A stretch of DNA of 64,000 nt from Alphaproteobacteria bacterium (GCA_018654745.1 JABILA010000051.1:6751-70750); one strand, 5' to 3'; numbered from the stretch's first letter, positions 1-10,720 are shown. The notes: generated by a model from the sequence alone, not told the origin. Translations and numbers: made by a program.

Positions 1-51
1 GCGGATATGCAGGCGTTCTTTGGCGGTCAGTTGTCGCCAGACCAATAACGC

Positions 52-1008
52 TCAGGCGATTCCGGCACGGCCCATATCGAGGAATTTTTGACGGCGTTCG
101 AGGCGCAAGGTGTCGCCGTCCTTGTCGATCAAATTGTCCAGAGCTTCTGCCAATGCATCACCTGTCGCTTTGATCGTTACCTCGGCACCACGGTGGGCAC
201 CACCGAGAGGTTCCTTGACGATGGTGTCGATGACACCCAATTTCAACAAATCCTGTGCCGTGAGTTTCATGGCCTCGGCAGCATCCCGGGCCTTGTCACC
301 GGAGCGCCAGAGAATGGAGGCGCAGCCTTCCGGCGTAATCACGGAATAAATCGCATGTTCAAGCATAATGACAACGTTGCCAGCTGCCAGAGCGATAGCG
401 CCGCCTGAGCCACCTTCACCAATCACGATGCTGATAAACGGCACCTTCAGGCTAAGGCCGACATCTATTGAACGGGCGATGGCTTCGGCCTGACCGCGTT
501 CCTCGGCTTCTACGCCAGGATGCGCACCTGCGGTATCCACAAATGTGATGACCGGAATATTGTTTTGTTCCGCCAGCTTCATCAGGCGCACAGCTTTACG
601 ATAACCTTCTGGCTGGGCCATGCCAAAATTGTGTTTGATACGATCTGCGGTGTTTGAGCCTTTTTCCTGGCCAATAACCATCACCGAACGTCCGCGAAAA
701 CGCCCAAGTCCACCCAGAATGGCCTTGTCTTCGCCAAAACCACGATCTCCGGCCAGCGACGTGAATTCGTCAATTAATCCAGCGACATAGTCCAGATAAT
801 GAGGGCGATCCGCATGACGGGCCACTTGCGTTTTCTGCCAGGCACCGAGATCTTCATAGGTTTCCCGCAGCAGCATATCCGAGCGGGACTCAAGTTTGGC
901 AATCTCAGACGAAACATCAACATCGCCATCTTCGGCGAGATGCTTCAATTCCTTCAGTTTGCCTTCCAAGTCGGCAAGTGGTTTCTCAAAATCCAGAAAA
1001 CTGTTCAT
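52..1008 (-). CDS. accA: Acetyl-CoA carboxylase carboxyltransferase subunit alpha
   Basis: FLDFEKP N-terminus, GQEKG, NFGMAQPEGYRKA, GEGGSGGA motifs; ATG at 1008 preferred over TTG at 1026. Confidence 0.97.
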   Translation of the reverse strand: MNSFLDFEKPLADLEGKLKELKHLAEDGDVDVSSEIAKLESRSDMLLRETYEDLGAWQKTQVARHADRPHYLDYVAGLIDEFTSLAGDRGFGEDKAILGGLGRFRGRSVMVIGQEKGSNTADRIKHNFGMAQPEGYRKAVRLMKLAEQNNIPVITFVDTAGAHPGVEAEERGQAEAIARSIDVGLSLKVPFISIVIGEGGSGGAIALAAGNVVIMLEHAIYSVITPEGCASILWRSGDKARDAAEAMKLTAQDLLKLGVIDTIVKEPLGGAHRGAEVTIKATGDALAEALDNLIDKDGDTLRLERRQKFLDMGRAGIA

Positions 1009-1127
1009 CAACTGACCCTGGGTCAAACTTCAATATATGGATATGTGGACGAAGCCGTGACCCTGCAACATATGAAAATTCAAGTACCCACATTCTCTAG
1101 CACGTCACGTAGATCAGAGAAAGTGAT

Positions 1128-1167
1128 GAAGGCGGACAAGGAAATTACTGGTTCCCCGTCCGCCTTC
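1128..1167 (-). terminator. Hairpin downstream of mcl
   Basis: GAAGGCGGAC (1128-1137) / GTCCGCCTTC (1158-1167) 10-bp stem; weak U-tract on the minus strand. Confidence 0.5.
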
Positions 1168-1179
1168 GATTAACGGTAT

Positions 1180-2253
1180 CTATTTTTTTGCTTTTGACTT
1201 TTTGGCAGCCTTTTTGGCTGGCTTCTTTTTACCAGTCGCTTTCTTGCCGGCGTCGGCAAGGGCCTTGAGGCGACGGTCAGCCGCTGCGATCTGGCGGGAA
1301 GCGGATACCATAACTTCGGCTTGCTTGATCGAGGCGATATCAACAAGTCGGCCATCAAGGGCAACAGCACCCAAACCGGCATCAGTTGCTGCCTTCATGG
1401 CTTTCAGAATGCTTTTGGCCTTGTCGACCTCAGCTTTTGACGGCGTGAAGGTCTCATTGGCAAGACCGATCTGGCTGGGGTGAATTGCCCATTTGCCTTC
1501 ACAGCCCAATACGGCTGCGCGATTGGCCTGGGCCACATATCCGGCGTCATCAGAGAAGTCACCAAAGGGGCCGTCAATGGCACGCAGGCCATTGGCGCGT
1601 GCGGCCACAACCATACGGGCAATTGCATAGTGCCACATGTCACCCCAGTGAATGTCACGGTTTCCGGCTTCATCGGCATCTGTCAGCACGTGATAGGCAG
1701 GGTTCGGTCCGCCAATGGCTGTGGTGCGTGCCTTGGTCGATGCAGCGTAATCAGCAACACCAAAATGCAATGATTCGTTACGTGGGCTGGCGGCAGCGAT
1801 TTCGTTAATGTTGGCCATGCCCAGAGCGGTTTCGATGATCATTTCAAAACCGATACGTTTCTTGAGGCCAACAGCATCCTCAACCTGTGTCACCAGCATA
1901 TCCAGCGCATAGACATCCGAAGCTGTTCCCACCTTGGGGATCATGATCAGATCAAGATGTTCACCGGCCTGTTCGATAACATCGATGACATCCCGGTACA
2001 TATAGTGTGTGTCCAGGCCGTTGATACGCAGGCTGACTGTACGTTTGCCCCAGCGTTCATCTTGCAGGGACTGAATGATGTTCTTGCGGGCATTATCCTT
2101 GTCGTCAGGCGCAACGGCGTCTTCCAGGTCAAGAAACACGACGTCCGCAGGCGACTGCAATGCGCGGTCCAGAAACTTGAGATTGCTGCCAGGAACGGCA
2201 AGTTCAGAGCGGTTCAAACGTGCGGTAGCGTCCTGGGGAATAGTGAAACTCAT
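1180..2253 (-). CDS. mcl: Malyl-CoA/beta-methylmalyl-CoA lyase (HpcH/HpaI aldolase-citrate lyase family) with Lys/Ala-rich C-terminal tail
   Basis: RSELAVPGS, FLDLEDAVAPDDK, RINGLDTH, GCEGKWAIHPSQI motifs typical of Mcl1. Confidence 0.85.
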   Translation of the reverse strand: MSFTIPQDATARLNRSELAVPGSNLKFLDRALQSPADVVFLDLEDAVAPDDKDNARKNIIQSLQDERWGKRTVSLRINGLDTHYMYRDVIDVIEQAGEHLDLIMIPKVGTASDVYALDMLVTQVEDAVGLKKRIGFEMIIETALGMANINEIAAASPRNESLHFGVADYAASTKARTTAIGGPNPAYHVLTDADEAGNRDIHWGDMWHYAIARMVVAARANGLRAIDGPFGDFSDDAGYVAQANRAAVLGCEGKWAIHPSQIGLANETFTPSKAEVDKAKSILKAMKAATDAGLGAVALDGRLVDIASIKQAEVMVSASRQIAAADRRLKALADAGKKATGKKKPAKKAAKKSKAKK

Positions 2254-2407
2254 GAAATAAAACTCCTGCTTTTTCGGGGGGCCGATGTGGGGGCTGATTT
2301 ATAGGCTGTCAGAAGAGCGAACTCTCTGCAAAAAGGATTGCTGGCAAGTAGCACGACCGACCGCTGCTCGCAAGTCCGCCCTGGCTGCTGGTAACCCTGC
2401 CCGCGTC

Positions 2408-3322
2408 TTAATCTTTGCGGTTGGCGAGGGGATGGTGGTTTTCGACCAGCGTTTTCAAACGGGATTCCAGAACGTGGGTATATATCTGGGTGGTCGATAT
2501 ATCGGCATGCCCCAACATTTGTTGTACCGCCCTGAGATCGGCACCATGCGCCAACAAATGGCTGGCAAAGGCGTGTCGCAAGACATGTGGTGAAACCCTG
2601 GATTTCTTGATGTTCGCCTTGATGGCCAGTTCCTTCAGCAACTGGGCAAAGCGCCGGTCTGTCAGATGGCCTGACTTCCCTCTGGATGGAAACAGCCACG
2701 GGGATTCAGCGCCTTCAGGAATGAAATAGAGCCTGACATCGCGATAGGCTGCCAAGGCCTCAAGAGCCGGATCGCTGATGGGTACGATACGCTCCTTGCC
2801 GCCTTTGCCACGTACGATCAGGAACCGTACGTCGCGTGTGATTGCCGAAAGTGGCAGGCCGACAAGTTCAGACACCCGCAAACCTGTGGCATACAATACC
2901 TCCAGCAAAGCGACCAGGCGTTTGCCCTCAGGCCCCTTTGATTTGCGCGAAAAAGCCAACAAAATGCTGACTTCTTCTTCGGACAGGTATTTTGGCAAGG
3001 GCCTGCGAATACGCGGCCCATCCACCGTTGTTGTCGGATCGTCGGACCTGAGGCCTTCTGCGTAGAGGAACCGAAAAAACTGTCTTATCGCTGACAGACG
3101 TCTGGAGACCGTTGAGGCCGCAAGCCCCCGGTCAGACAGCGAAGCGACATAGGCGCGAATATCTTCTGTTGAGGCTTCGTCGAGGACACCTGATCTGGTC
3201 GCTGAAAAGAGGCCAAAATCATCAAGGTCGCGGCGATAGCCCTCAATCGTCTTCGTGGCGGCACCACGCTCGACCGCCATCATTTCAAGAAAGGTTTCGC
3301 TGTATCTGCTGTCACCTTTCAT
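2408..3322 (-). CDS. xerD: Site-specific tyrosine recombinase XerD
   Basis: YATGLRVSELV, GKGGKER, SPHVLRHAFASHLL, LGHADISTTQIYTHV. Confidence 0.95.
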   Translation of the reverse strand: MKGDSRYSETFLEMMAVERGAATKTIEGYRRDLDDFGLFSATRSGVLDEASTEDIRAYVASLSDRGLAASTVSRRLSAIRQFFRFLYAEGLRSDDPTTTVDGPRIRRPLPKYLSEEEVSILLAFSRKSKGPEGKRLVALLEVLYATGLRVSELVGLPLSAITRDVRFLIVRGKGGKERIVPISDPALEALAAYRDVRLYFIPEGAESPWLFPSRGKSGHLTDRRFAQLLKELAIKANIKKSRVSPHVLRHAFASHLLAHGADLRAVQQMLGHADISTTQIYTHVLESRLKTLVENHHPLANRKD

Positions 3323-3334
3323 GTCAGCCGTTCC

Positions 3335-5476
3335 CTAGAATCCCCGACCCAGCGCAGCCTCCAGCGCCAGGGCCCGGGCTTCTGCTGCAAGGCCAACACC
3401 GTTCAAAGCCCGGATGACAGTGCGCAAGGTGGAAGGTGCCGCACTGGACGGTCCAACATCCCCAAGCGCCAGTAATCCCAGCAACACTGTTTCGCCAAGG
3501 CGTTTGTTCAATGATGCGCTTTCAAGGCTGCGGACCAGCGCTGGTGACGGCACATAGGCTGTGATCGTCAGTGACCCTTGAAGCAATCCATCCCAGGCTT
3601 GATCCGGCAAATCATAGCCCAACGCATCCAGCAATATGAAAAGCAGGGCTGATCGTTCGGTGGCCACGGCTTCGCCCAACAGTTTTTGCTGCAAGGGGAA
3701 CCAGGCGTCGATGGCTTTCGGATTCCAGCCCAGCTCACCATTTGAGTCAGCGAGCTGCATCAGGGGCCATAAATCGAGCACCGCTTTAGCCGCCAGTTCT
3801 GTCGGCCGTTTTAGTGTTACAGGGGTCGGCGCTACAACAGAAACAGGTTCTGTCGACGCAAGTTTCGGCAGCGTCGGCGTAGCACCCGGTGCGGCGGTAT
3901 CGGCATCGGCAGCAACTGTCAGCGACACGACTTGCGGCTTAACGGTTGGCAACAAGGCCAGGTTTCTGACGTAGTCAAACCAGCGTCGAGCGGATTTAAC
4001 ATCTCCGGCCATCAACAAGGCTCGGGCAATATCCACCGAGGCCCAGACCAGATCATCTGAGGGCTCGATCACACGGGTGAGGTCATATGTAACCCTCGCC
4101 ATCGTACCAAATCCACCCTCTGCCCGTGCGCGTTGCCACGCTGCCATCAAGACTTCGACCCTGGACTGGATGTTGACGTCGACGGATGCCACCTGAAACA
4201 GCAAGGCACTTAATCGCGCGCCACGAATTATTTCTGTCTGTGCTTTCCAGTTCTGTAATTCATCTTCGCTGAACTGAATTCCGGCATAGATCTGGGACAA
4301 CAGCTCGGTCGGCAAAGCACCTGCCGTTTCTGCCTTTTCAGCAGCAGCCAGCCGGACTTCGATATCGGCATTGGCCATTGTCGCTTCGGCCCGCAAAATA
4401 CCAGGGCTGGCGCCCGGTACGGCATCCGCTGGCAAGGGCTGCTGGGCTGCCCGTAACATCGCAAGCTGCAAAGGTGACGGGTCAATCAGACTATGAACAA
4501 CGGCCTGTTCGTCGCCGGTCAAGGCACGTGCCAGGGTGAAAAAGGTCTCGTCGCCAGTTACGCCCTGGTCGCGCAAAATTGACACCGCCATATCCACGGC
4601 TTCGGCTTCGCCTTCCAGCGCCTTGCAAAAAGCGAGGCCTTTGAGCCAGTAAGGGTTCGGGTCTTCCGCGACCAGTCCTTCGATGCGCACACAAAATGAG
4701 GCGCGATCACCGCTCAGCAAGAGCCCTTCCATTTTGGCTTTGATAAAGGCCGGGTCGCTCAGGCGGGCAGGAACCAGACTTAGAAGCTGATTAGTTTCAT
4801 TTGTCAGACCACCTGCACCCAGGCGTTCAACACGTAAACCCAACAAGCTGGGCGCAATGGCCTTGCCCACGGGCACCGCACTTGTGGATAGCAACAGGCG
4901 CCGGGCCAGTGATTGCATCGTCAGCGACAGCGATCCCATCGGCAGGCGTGGCAATAAAGTTTCTATGCGGGTGCGGTCGCTGCCTTGCCACATGTGTGGG
5001 CCAAAGCCGCCATTGCCTGGATCGAGCAATCCAACCGAAGAAGGATCCAGCTCCGTCAGTTCCCCGACAACCACGCCACCGGAAATATTGGCAGAGGGTT
5101 TGGCAGTACTTTCATCTGACGCCGGTTTGGTCGTTGCGGGCTTGGGTCTGGAAATTGTCAGCGTCATCACACGCCGCGGTTTCTCTGGTTCAACGGGTTG
5201 TTTCGGTGCGATCAGCGCACGGGGGGCACGGGCCGCCGGGACCTGCTGAACCTCAATCGGTGCAGCCGTCGAGGCCGGTACCTGCCCCAGAACCGGTACA
5301 GGCTTTGGTGCAGCGGGGTCCGGGTTTGTTGCAGATTGCGTCTTCTGGCCAGGGACCAGTTTAACCGGATTGCCAGCCATGGCCGGGCTGAATTGTACCC
5401 CTGTGACAACAAGCAGGGCTGCGGCAGACAGAACCCGGAACGTCCGATTGTTACTCAGATGACCAATTTTATGCAT
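3335..5476 (-). CDS. Conserved exported hypothetical protein with Pro/Ala-rich N-terminal region
   Basis: Long ORF; signal-like hydrophobic segment; GLL..GGFG..MWQGS motif of the alphaproteobacterial protein usually found upstream of xerD; start ATG 5476 inferred. Confidence 0.75.
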   Translation of the reverse strand: MHKIGHLSNNRTFRVLSAAALLVVTGVQFSPAMAGNPVKLVPGQKTQSATNPDPAAPKPVPVLGQVPASTAAPIEVQQVPAARAPRALIAPKQPVEPEKPRRVMTLTISRPKPATTKPASDESTAKPSANISGGVVVGELTELDPSSVGLLDPGNGGFGPHMWQGSDRTRIETLLPRLPMGSLSLTMQSLARRLLLSTSAVPVGKAIAPSLLGLRVERLGAGGLTNETNQLLSLVPARLSDPAFIKAKMEGLLLSGDRASFCVRIEGLVAEDPNPYWLKGLAFCKALEGEAEAVDMAVSILRDQGVTGDETFFTLARALTGDEQAVVHSLIDPSPLQLAMLRAAQQPLPADAVPGASPGILRAEATMANADIEVRLAAAEKAETAGALPTELLSQIYAGIQFSEDELQNWKAQTEIIRGARLSALLFQVASVDVNIQSRVEVLMAAWQRARAEGGFGTMARVTYDLTRVIEPSDDLVWASVDIARALLMAGDVKSARRWFDYVRNLALLPTVKPQVVSLTVAADADTAAPGATPTLPKLASTEPVSVVAPTPVTLKRPTELAAKAVLDLWPLMQLADSNGELGWNPKAIDAWFPLQQKLLGEAVATERSALLFILLDALGYDLPDQAWDGLLQGSLTITAYVPSPALVRSLESASLNKRLGETVLLGLLALGDVGPSSAAPSTLRTVIRALNGVGLAAEARALALEAALGRGF

Positions 5477-5486
5477 ATCTTTGGGC

Positions 5487-5636
5487 CTAGCGTGGGAACC
5501 GTTTGTCGGGCAGGACTTTCTCGACCTTTTCCGAGGGTGCAGGGATGTCCCATGTGGCGAGGAAGACACCGCCGCCGACGACAACCGTCACAAGCAAGAT
5601 AACGATAATGAATGTTGTCCGGTACATCGGCCCCAT
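5487..5636 (-). CDS. Small single-pass membrane protein
   Basis: One TM helix followed by WDIPAPSEKVEKVLPDKRF; divergent from aroK. Confidence 0.7.
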   Translation of the reverse strand: MGPMYRTTFIIVILLVTVVVGGGVFLATWDIPAPSEKVEKVLPDKRFPR

Positions 5637-5875
5637 ATTTCTTTCTTTATCTGCCCCCGTTGCCTTGCAATTCAGGGGTACGCTCATTTATTACGGTCAT
5701 GACAATTGCCGGAACCAGCAGATACACCCTTACACCGACAAGGTCAAAGACGCTACCGAACATTGATCTTGCGACAATTGTGTCTCTGAATTGTGGCAAA
5801 GTTGCGTCAGTCTACCTATTCGGGGATTTGTGATCAACGACTGCCGCCGCCAAACGCTGAAACCAGGAGCCACGC

Positions 5876-6454
5876 ATGACAGACAACAACACCAATGACG
5901 ATGATCAGCCCACAGGCGTCTTGCCTGAGCTGGATCGTTCACTGGTACTTGTTGGCTTGATGGGGGCCGGGAAAAGTACCATCGGGCGACGTCTTGCAGC
6001 TCGTCTGGGCTTGCCATTTGTGGACGCCGATAACGAAATCGAAGCCGCCGCCGGTTGTTCCATTCAGGAAATATTTGATGAACATGGCGAAGACTATTTT
6101 CGGGATGGCGAGCGCCGCGTCATAGAGCGTCTGCTAAATGGACCAGTTTGCGTATTGGCGACGGGTGGTGGCGCTTTCATGAACGAAACCACGCGCGCCT
6201 TGATCAAGGAAAAAGGGTATTCCCTTTGGCTGCGAGCCGATCTGGAAATCCTGGTTCAGCGCACAAGCAGGCGCAGTCATCGTCCTTTGCTCAACAATGG
6301 CAATCCACGTGAAATTCTTCAAAACCTGATGGATCAGCGTTATCCCGTGTATGAGACAGCTGATATTTCCGTTGAAACAGACGATTCTCCTCACAGCGTC
6401 GTCGTCGACAGGGCCATGAAGGCACTTGTGGAAAATCACGGAGAACAGACATGA
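5876..6454 (+). CDS. aroK: Shikimate kinase
   Basis: [12 protein letters not shown]-loop, [27 protein letters not shown]. Confidence 0.97.
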   Translation: MTDNNTNDDDQPTGVLPELDRSLVLVGLMGAGKSTIGRRLAARLGLPFVDADNEIEAAAGCSIQEIFDEHGEDYFRDGERRVIERLLNGPVCVLATGGGAFMNETTRALIKEKGYSLWLRADLEILVQRTSRRSHRPLLNNGNPREILQNLMDQRYPVYETADISVETDDSPHSVVVDRAMKALVENHGEQT

Positions 6455-7590
6455 CCTCCGCCGCAACATCCGTCAGGGTCGATCTTGGTGATCGGTCCTA
6501 TGACATCATTGTGGGCGAAAACCTGCTGCCGGATGCCGGATCACTGATCCGCGCGGTTTTATCTGCAGCCGATTCTGCCAAGGTTGTCGTCGTGACGGAC
6601 GACCAGGTCGCCGGCATACATCTTGAAACCCTGACGACGTCATTGACGGACACGGGCATCCCCTGGTCGACCATCATCGTCCCGGCCGGCGAGGCCAGCA
6701 AGAGTTTTCAGCAGCTGGAAACAGTGCTGGCGCAAATGATCGACGCACGGATTGAGCGCAACGACGCTGTCATCGCACTGGGTGGTGGCGTTATCGGCGA
6801 CCTGACCGGATTTGCCGCTTCCATCCTGCGACGAGGTGTCGACGTTATCCAGATCCCGACAACCTTGCTGGCGCAGGTCGACAGTTCTGTTGGTGGCAAG
6901 ACCGCGATCAACGCGTCGCAAGGCAAAAACCTGATTGGCACCTTCCATCAGCCAAAGCTTGTCATCGCTGATATTTCAGTTTTGCAATCCCTGCCACTGC
7001 GGGAACTCAAGGCCGGATACGCCGAGGTTGTAAAATACGGCCTGATTGACGACCTGTCATTCTTCACCTGGCTGGAGGAAAACGGTCCCGCCCTGCTGAA
7101 CGGTGACAACGATTTGCGCCAACAAGCTGTGGTCAAAAGCTGCGAAGCCAAGGCGCGTGTCGTTGCCGGGGATGAGCGGGAAACCGGCAACCGGGCGCTG
7201 TTGAACCTGGGCCATACATTCGGACATGCGCTGGAAGCTGAAATGGGCTACGGCGACGGATTGCGCCATGGGGAAGCCGTGAGCATCGGCATGCGCATGG
7301 CGTTTGATTATTCTGTACATGCAGGTTTGTGCCCACAATCTGACGCCGAACGGCTGCAGCAACATTTATTAACATGCGGCATGCCGATTTATATCTCTGA
7401 TATTCCAGGCAAGAGCCAAAGCGGCGAATGGACAGCGGATAGACTGTTTCAGCATATGGGGCAGGACAAAAAAGTCAGCGCCGGACAGATAACCTTCATT
7501 CTTGCCCATGGCATCGGTCAGGGTTTTGTCACCCGTGAAGTCGACGGCAAGGACTTGCAGGAATTTTTGTCTCTCGAAGTTACAAAATAG
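6451..7590 (+). CDS. aroB: 3-dehydroquinate synthase
   Basis: [45 protein letters not shown] overlap with aroK. Confidence 0.97.
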   Translation: MTSAATSVRVDLGDRSYDIIVGENLLPDAGSLIRAVLSAADSAKVVVVTDDQVAGIHLETLTTSLTDTGIPWSTIIVPAGEASKSFQQLETVLAQMIDARIERNDAVIALGGGVIGDLTGFAASILRRGVDVIQIPTTLLAQVDSSVGGKTAINASQGKNLIGTFHQPKLVIADISVLQSLPLRELKAGYAEVVKYGLIDDLSFFTWLEENGPALLNGDNDLRQQAVVKSCEAKARVVAGDERETGNRALLNLGHTFGHALEAEMGYGDGLRHGEAVSIGMRMAFDYSVHAGLCPQSDAERLQQHLLTCGMPIYISDIPGKSQSGEWTADRLFQHMGQDKKVSAGQITFILAHGIGQGFVTREVDGKDLQEFLSLEVTK

Positions 7591-7746
7591 GCCTTCAACG
7601 GAATGATCTGCCTGACCATTCGTTTTCCCGGATTACGTTAATACTTTTGCATCAATCCAAAAATCGCCTAATATAACCGGGACACGGCTTGATCGTGTCG
7701 ACCTGGCCCGTGTTGGGCGCTATCGAGGGGGCAATCAGAGACTTTA

Positions 7747-9033
7747 GTGGACGTAAGCCTGTTAATTTCCATTGCGGCAATTGTCGTTCTGCTTGTCTTG
7801 TCAGCCTTTTTTTCGGGCTCTGAAACTGCCCTGACAGCGGCCAGTCGTGCCCGCCTGCATCATCTTGAACACAAGGGAAACCGACGCGCCAAAATTGTCG
7901 GTCGCCTGAGCGAGCAAAAAGACCGCCTGATCGGCAGCATTTTGCTTGGCAATAATCTGGTCAATATTCTGGCTTCTGCCCTGGCAACGAGTATCCTGAT
8001 CGGATATTTCGGCGACGCCGGTGTTGCCTATGCCACCATTGGCATGACCGCTCTGGTGTTGATATTCGCCGAAATCATGCCAAAGACCTATGCCCTTCGC
8101 CAGCCAGACCGCACCGCCCTGGCCGTCGCTCCGCTGGTCAGCGCCTTCGTTTTCGTGCTGTCGCCGGTAACCCGGTTTTTGCAAATTATTGTGCGCCTGA
8201 GTTTGCGCATTGTTGGCATTGACGTTCGCGCCAACGAACAACTGACCAGTGCGGCGGAGGAAATCCGCAGCACGGTTGATCTGCACAGCATGGATGGCAA
8301 CATCGTCAAGCATGAGCGCGACATGATCGGCTCAATCCTTGATCTGTCGGATGTTGCCCTTGATGAAATCATGATCCATCGCAAGAACATGGAACTGATC
8401 AATGCGGACGATTCAAGTTCGGAAATTGTCGATCAGGTGCTCGGCAGCAGCTACACAAGACTGCCGATCTATCGCAACGATGCAGATGACATTGTCGGTG
8501 TACTGCATGCAAAAGACGTCTTGCGGGCGATTTCGGCCCATGAAGGTGATTTGAACGACCTGGATATTGTGGCCGTTGCCTCTGCGCCCTGGTTTGTGCC
8601 GGAAACCACAACCTTGCGCGAACAACTGAATGCCTTCCGCCAACGGCGCGCCCATTTCGCCCTGATCGTCGACGAATACGGTGCCTTGATGGGACTGGTC
8701 ACGCTGGAAGATATTCTGGAAGAAATCGTTGGTGATATTTCCGACGAACATGATCAGCATGTGGCGGGCATCCGCAAGGAAAGCGACGGGTCATATATCA
8801 TTGATGGTTCAATGACCATTCGGGATCTGAACCGCCTCTATGACTGGGACCTGCCAGACGAAGAAGCTTCAACCATTGCCGGTCTGGTGGTCTATGAGGC
8901 TGCCGTTATTCCGGTGCCGGGACAGCGCTTTACGTTTCACAACTTTCGCTTTGAAATATTACGCCGCCAGCGCAATCAGATCGTCAGCCTTCGTATCACG
9001 CCGCCGGTCGCGACAGTCCCCGAAAACAGCTAA
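7747..9033 (+). CDS. HlyC/CorC (CNNM-CBS-CorC) family transporter
   Basis: SAFFSGSETA, ILLGNNLVN, CBS pair, VDEYG..GLVTLEDILEEIVGDI. Confidence 0.93.
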   Translation: MDVSLLISIAAIVVLLVLSAFFSGSETALTAASRARLHHLEHKGNRRAKIVGRLSEQKDRLIGSILLGNNLVNILASALATSILIGYFGDAGVAYATIGMTALVLIFAEIMPKTYALRQPDRTALAVAPLVSAFVFVLSPVTRFLQIIVRLSLRIVGIDVRANEQLTSAAEEIRSTVDLHSMDGNIVKHERDMIGSILDLSDVALDEIMIHRKNMELINADDSSSEIVDQVLGSSYTRLPIYRNDADDIVGVLHAKDVLRAISAHEGDLNDLDIVAVASAPWFVPETTTLREQLNAFRQRRAHFALIVDEYGALMGLVTLEDILEEIVGDISDEHDQHVAGIRKESDGSYIIDGSMTIRDLNRLYDWDLPDEEASTIAGLVVYEAAVIPVPGQRFTFHNFRFEILRRQRNQIVSLRITPPVATVPENS

Positions 9034-9036
9034 CAG

Positions 9037-9912
9037 GTGCTGGATCAGCTGATTGCCATAATGGCTCCGGTGCTGATCAGTGTTGGCATTGGTTTCGTCT
9101 GGGCGCGGCGCAAGCAGGCCTGGGATACAGGCTTTATCACCAAGCTGACCTATTATGTCGGCACTCCGCTGCTGGTTTTTTCGACCATGACCAGAACCGG
9201 TCTGGACGGCGCCGCTTTCACAGAAATTGCCGGTGCTGCCCTGCTGGCGTTGGCCGGGTTTATTGTCGCCAGCATCCCCTTGCTGTGGGTGCTGCGCCTG
9301 CCATTGAAAACCTATTTACCCGGACTGATTTTCCCAAACTCCGGCAATACCGGGTTGCCGTTATGTTTGTTTGCTTTTGGGGAACCGGGCCTTGCACTCG
9401 GGATCGCCTATTTCACCGTAACCTCGATCAGCAATTTTACCCTTGGTCAGTGGATCAGTTCCGGCGAATCGTCACCCGTTGCACTGCTAAAAACGCCCTT
9501 GATCTATGCGGTGGTAATCGCCCTGATTTTTATGACATCCGACATGGAAGTGCCTTTGTGGTTGGCGAATACATCATCCCTGGTTGGCAGCCTGACAATT
9601 CCCCTGATCCTGATGACGCTTGGTGTGTCACTGGCCAACCTGAAAATCACACGCCTTGGGCGTGCCACGCTGCTTTCAGTATTTCGCCTTGGCATGGGCT
9701 TGGCTGTTGGCCTGGGCGTGGCCATGTTGCTGGGACTTGAGGGTACGGCCCGCGGCGTCGTTATTCTTGATTCTGCGATGCCGGTGGCCGTCTTCAACTA
9801 TCTTTTTGCCCAGCGTTACAACAATTCACCAGGCGACGTTGCCGGCATGGTTGTTGTCTCGACAGCGCTGTCATTTATTACGCTGCCTGCCCTGCTGTTG
9901 CTGATTATCTAG
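9037..9912 (+). CDS. AEC family (auxin efflux carrier-like) transporter
   Basis: Multi-TM protein with PNSGNTGLP and AMPVAV motifs. Confidence 0.85.
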   Translation: MLDQLIAIMAPVLISVGIGFVWARRKQAWDTGFITKLTYYVGTPLLVFSTMTRTGLDGAAFTEIAGAALLALAGFIVASIPLLWVLRLPLKTYLPGLIFPNSGNTGLPLCLFAFGEPGLALGIAYFTVTSISNFTLGQWISSGESSPVALLKTPLIYAVVIALIFMTSDMEVPLWLANTSSLVGSLTIPLILMTLGVSLANLKITRLGRATLLSVFRLGMGLAVGLGVAMLLGLEGTARGVVILDSAMPVAVFNYLFAQRYNNSPGDVAGMVVVSTALSFITLPALLLLII

Positions 9913-9937
9913 AGCGTTTCCGGGTTGGCGGAAGTGA

Positions 9938-10195
9938 TCAAGCCTGCCCGGATTGCGGGTTTCCTTGCGTAACCAGCTGCGATTTTTTTCGGAAATAAGT
10001 CAGGCAGTATACCCGCAAGGCAGATGTAAACGAGCGCCCCTGATCCCGGTCACCAGAAACTTCAAGACAGATATCCCGCAGCCTGCAGCCTTTGTCACGG
10101 CAGATTTCGTCCAACGCATCCCATTCAACAGATTCGAGCCGAACACTGGTACGCTGGTTCCCGACAAAGACATTTTTGCTGACTGTTGTACTCAC
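9938..10195 (-). CDS. Ribbon-helix-helix domain protein (RHH_4-like)
   Basis: RTSVRLE..EWDALDEI...FTSALRVY; GTG start at 10195 inferred. Confidence 0.8.
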   Translation of the reverse strand: MSTTVSKNVFVGNQRTSVRLESVEWDALDEICRDKGCRLRDICLEVSGDRDQGRSFTSALRVYCLTYFRKKSQLVTQGNPQSGQA

Positions 10196-10435
10196 TGACG
10201 AACTTTCAGAACAAAACCAATCCAAAAAGGCGAGGATTATAATTTTTCCACACGCAATTTTTATCACATACATATCAGTAGTCACAATCATTTTATGATA
10301 ATAATTGCAACAATATATATCATTGGTTGTGTTTTTGATTAATCAGGTGGTTTCCGGCGGTCTGCACCGAAAACTCAGTATATTCAGGCAAATATTGTTT
10401 CAGAAATTGTCGTCGCCAGTTGATGGCCGTTCAGA

Positions 10436-10720
10436 TCACTCTCCTGGCGCACGTGTCGTCAAAGCCAAAGCATGAACGGTGCTATCCATTTCTTCTTTTA
10501 ACGTGCGATAGACGTCACGTTGGCGCGCCACCCGGCTTTTCCCCGTAAAGGCCTCACACACCATCTCAACCTTAAAATGGGTTTCACCACCCGGCCTGGC
10601 ACCGGAATGGCCTTCATGCCGCCAGGACTCATCTTCGACTTCCAGCATTTGAGGCTGAAACGCAGCGGTCAGTTTTTCATGGATCCGGCCTGCCATTGTT
10701 GCTTTGTCCGCTGTCGTCAT
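10436..10720 (-). CDS. bolA: BolA family protein
   Basis: DESWRHEGHSG, ETHFKV, FTGKSRVARQR, HALAL. Confidence 0.93.
   Translation of the reverse strand: MTTADKATMAGRIHEKLTAAFQPQMLEVEDESWRHEGHSGARPGGETHFKVEMVCEAFTGKSRVARQRDVYRTLKEEMDSTVHALALTTRAPGE

Noticed and set aside
2408..3322. Tyrosine recombinase as a phage or island integrase
   Set aside because: Motifs and context (accA, aroK) identify housekeeping XerD; no att sites or cargo.
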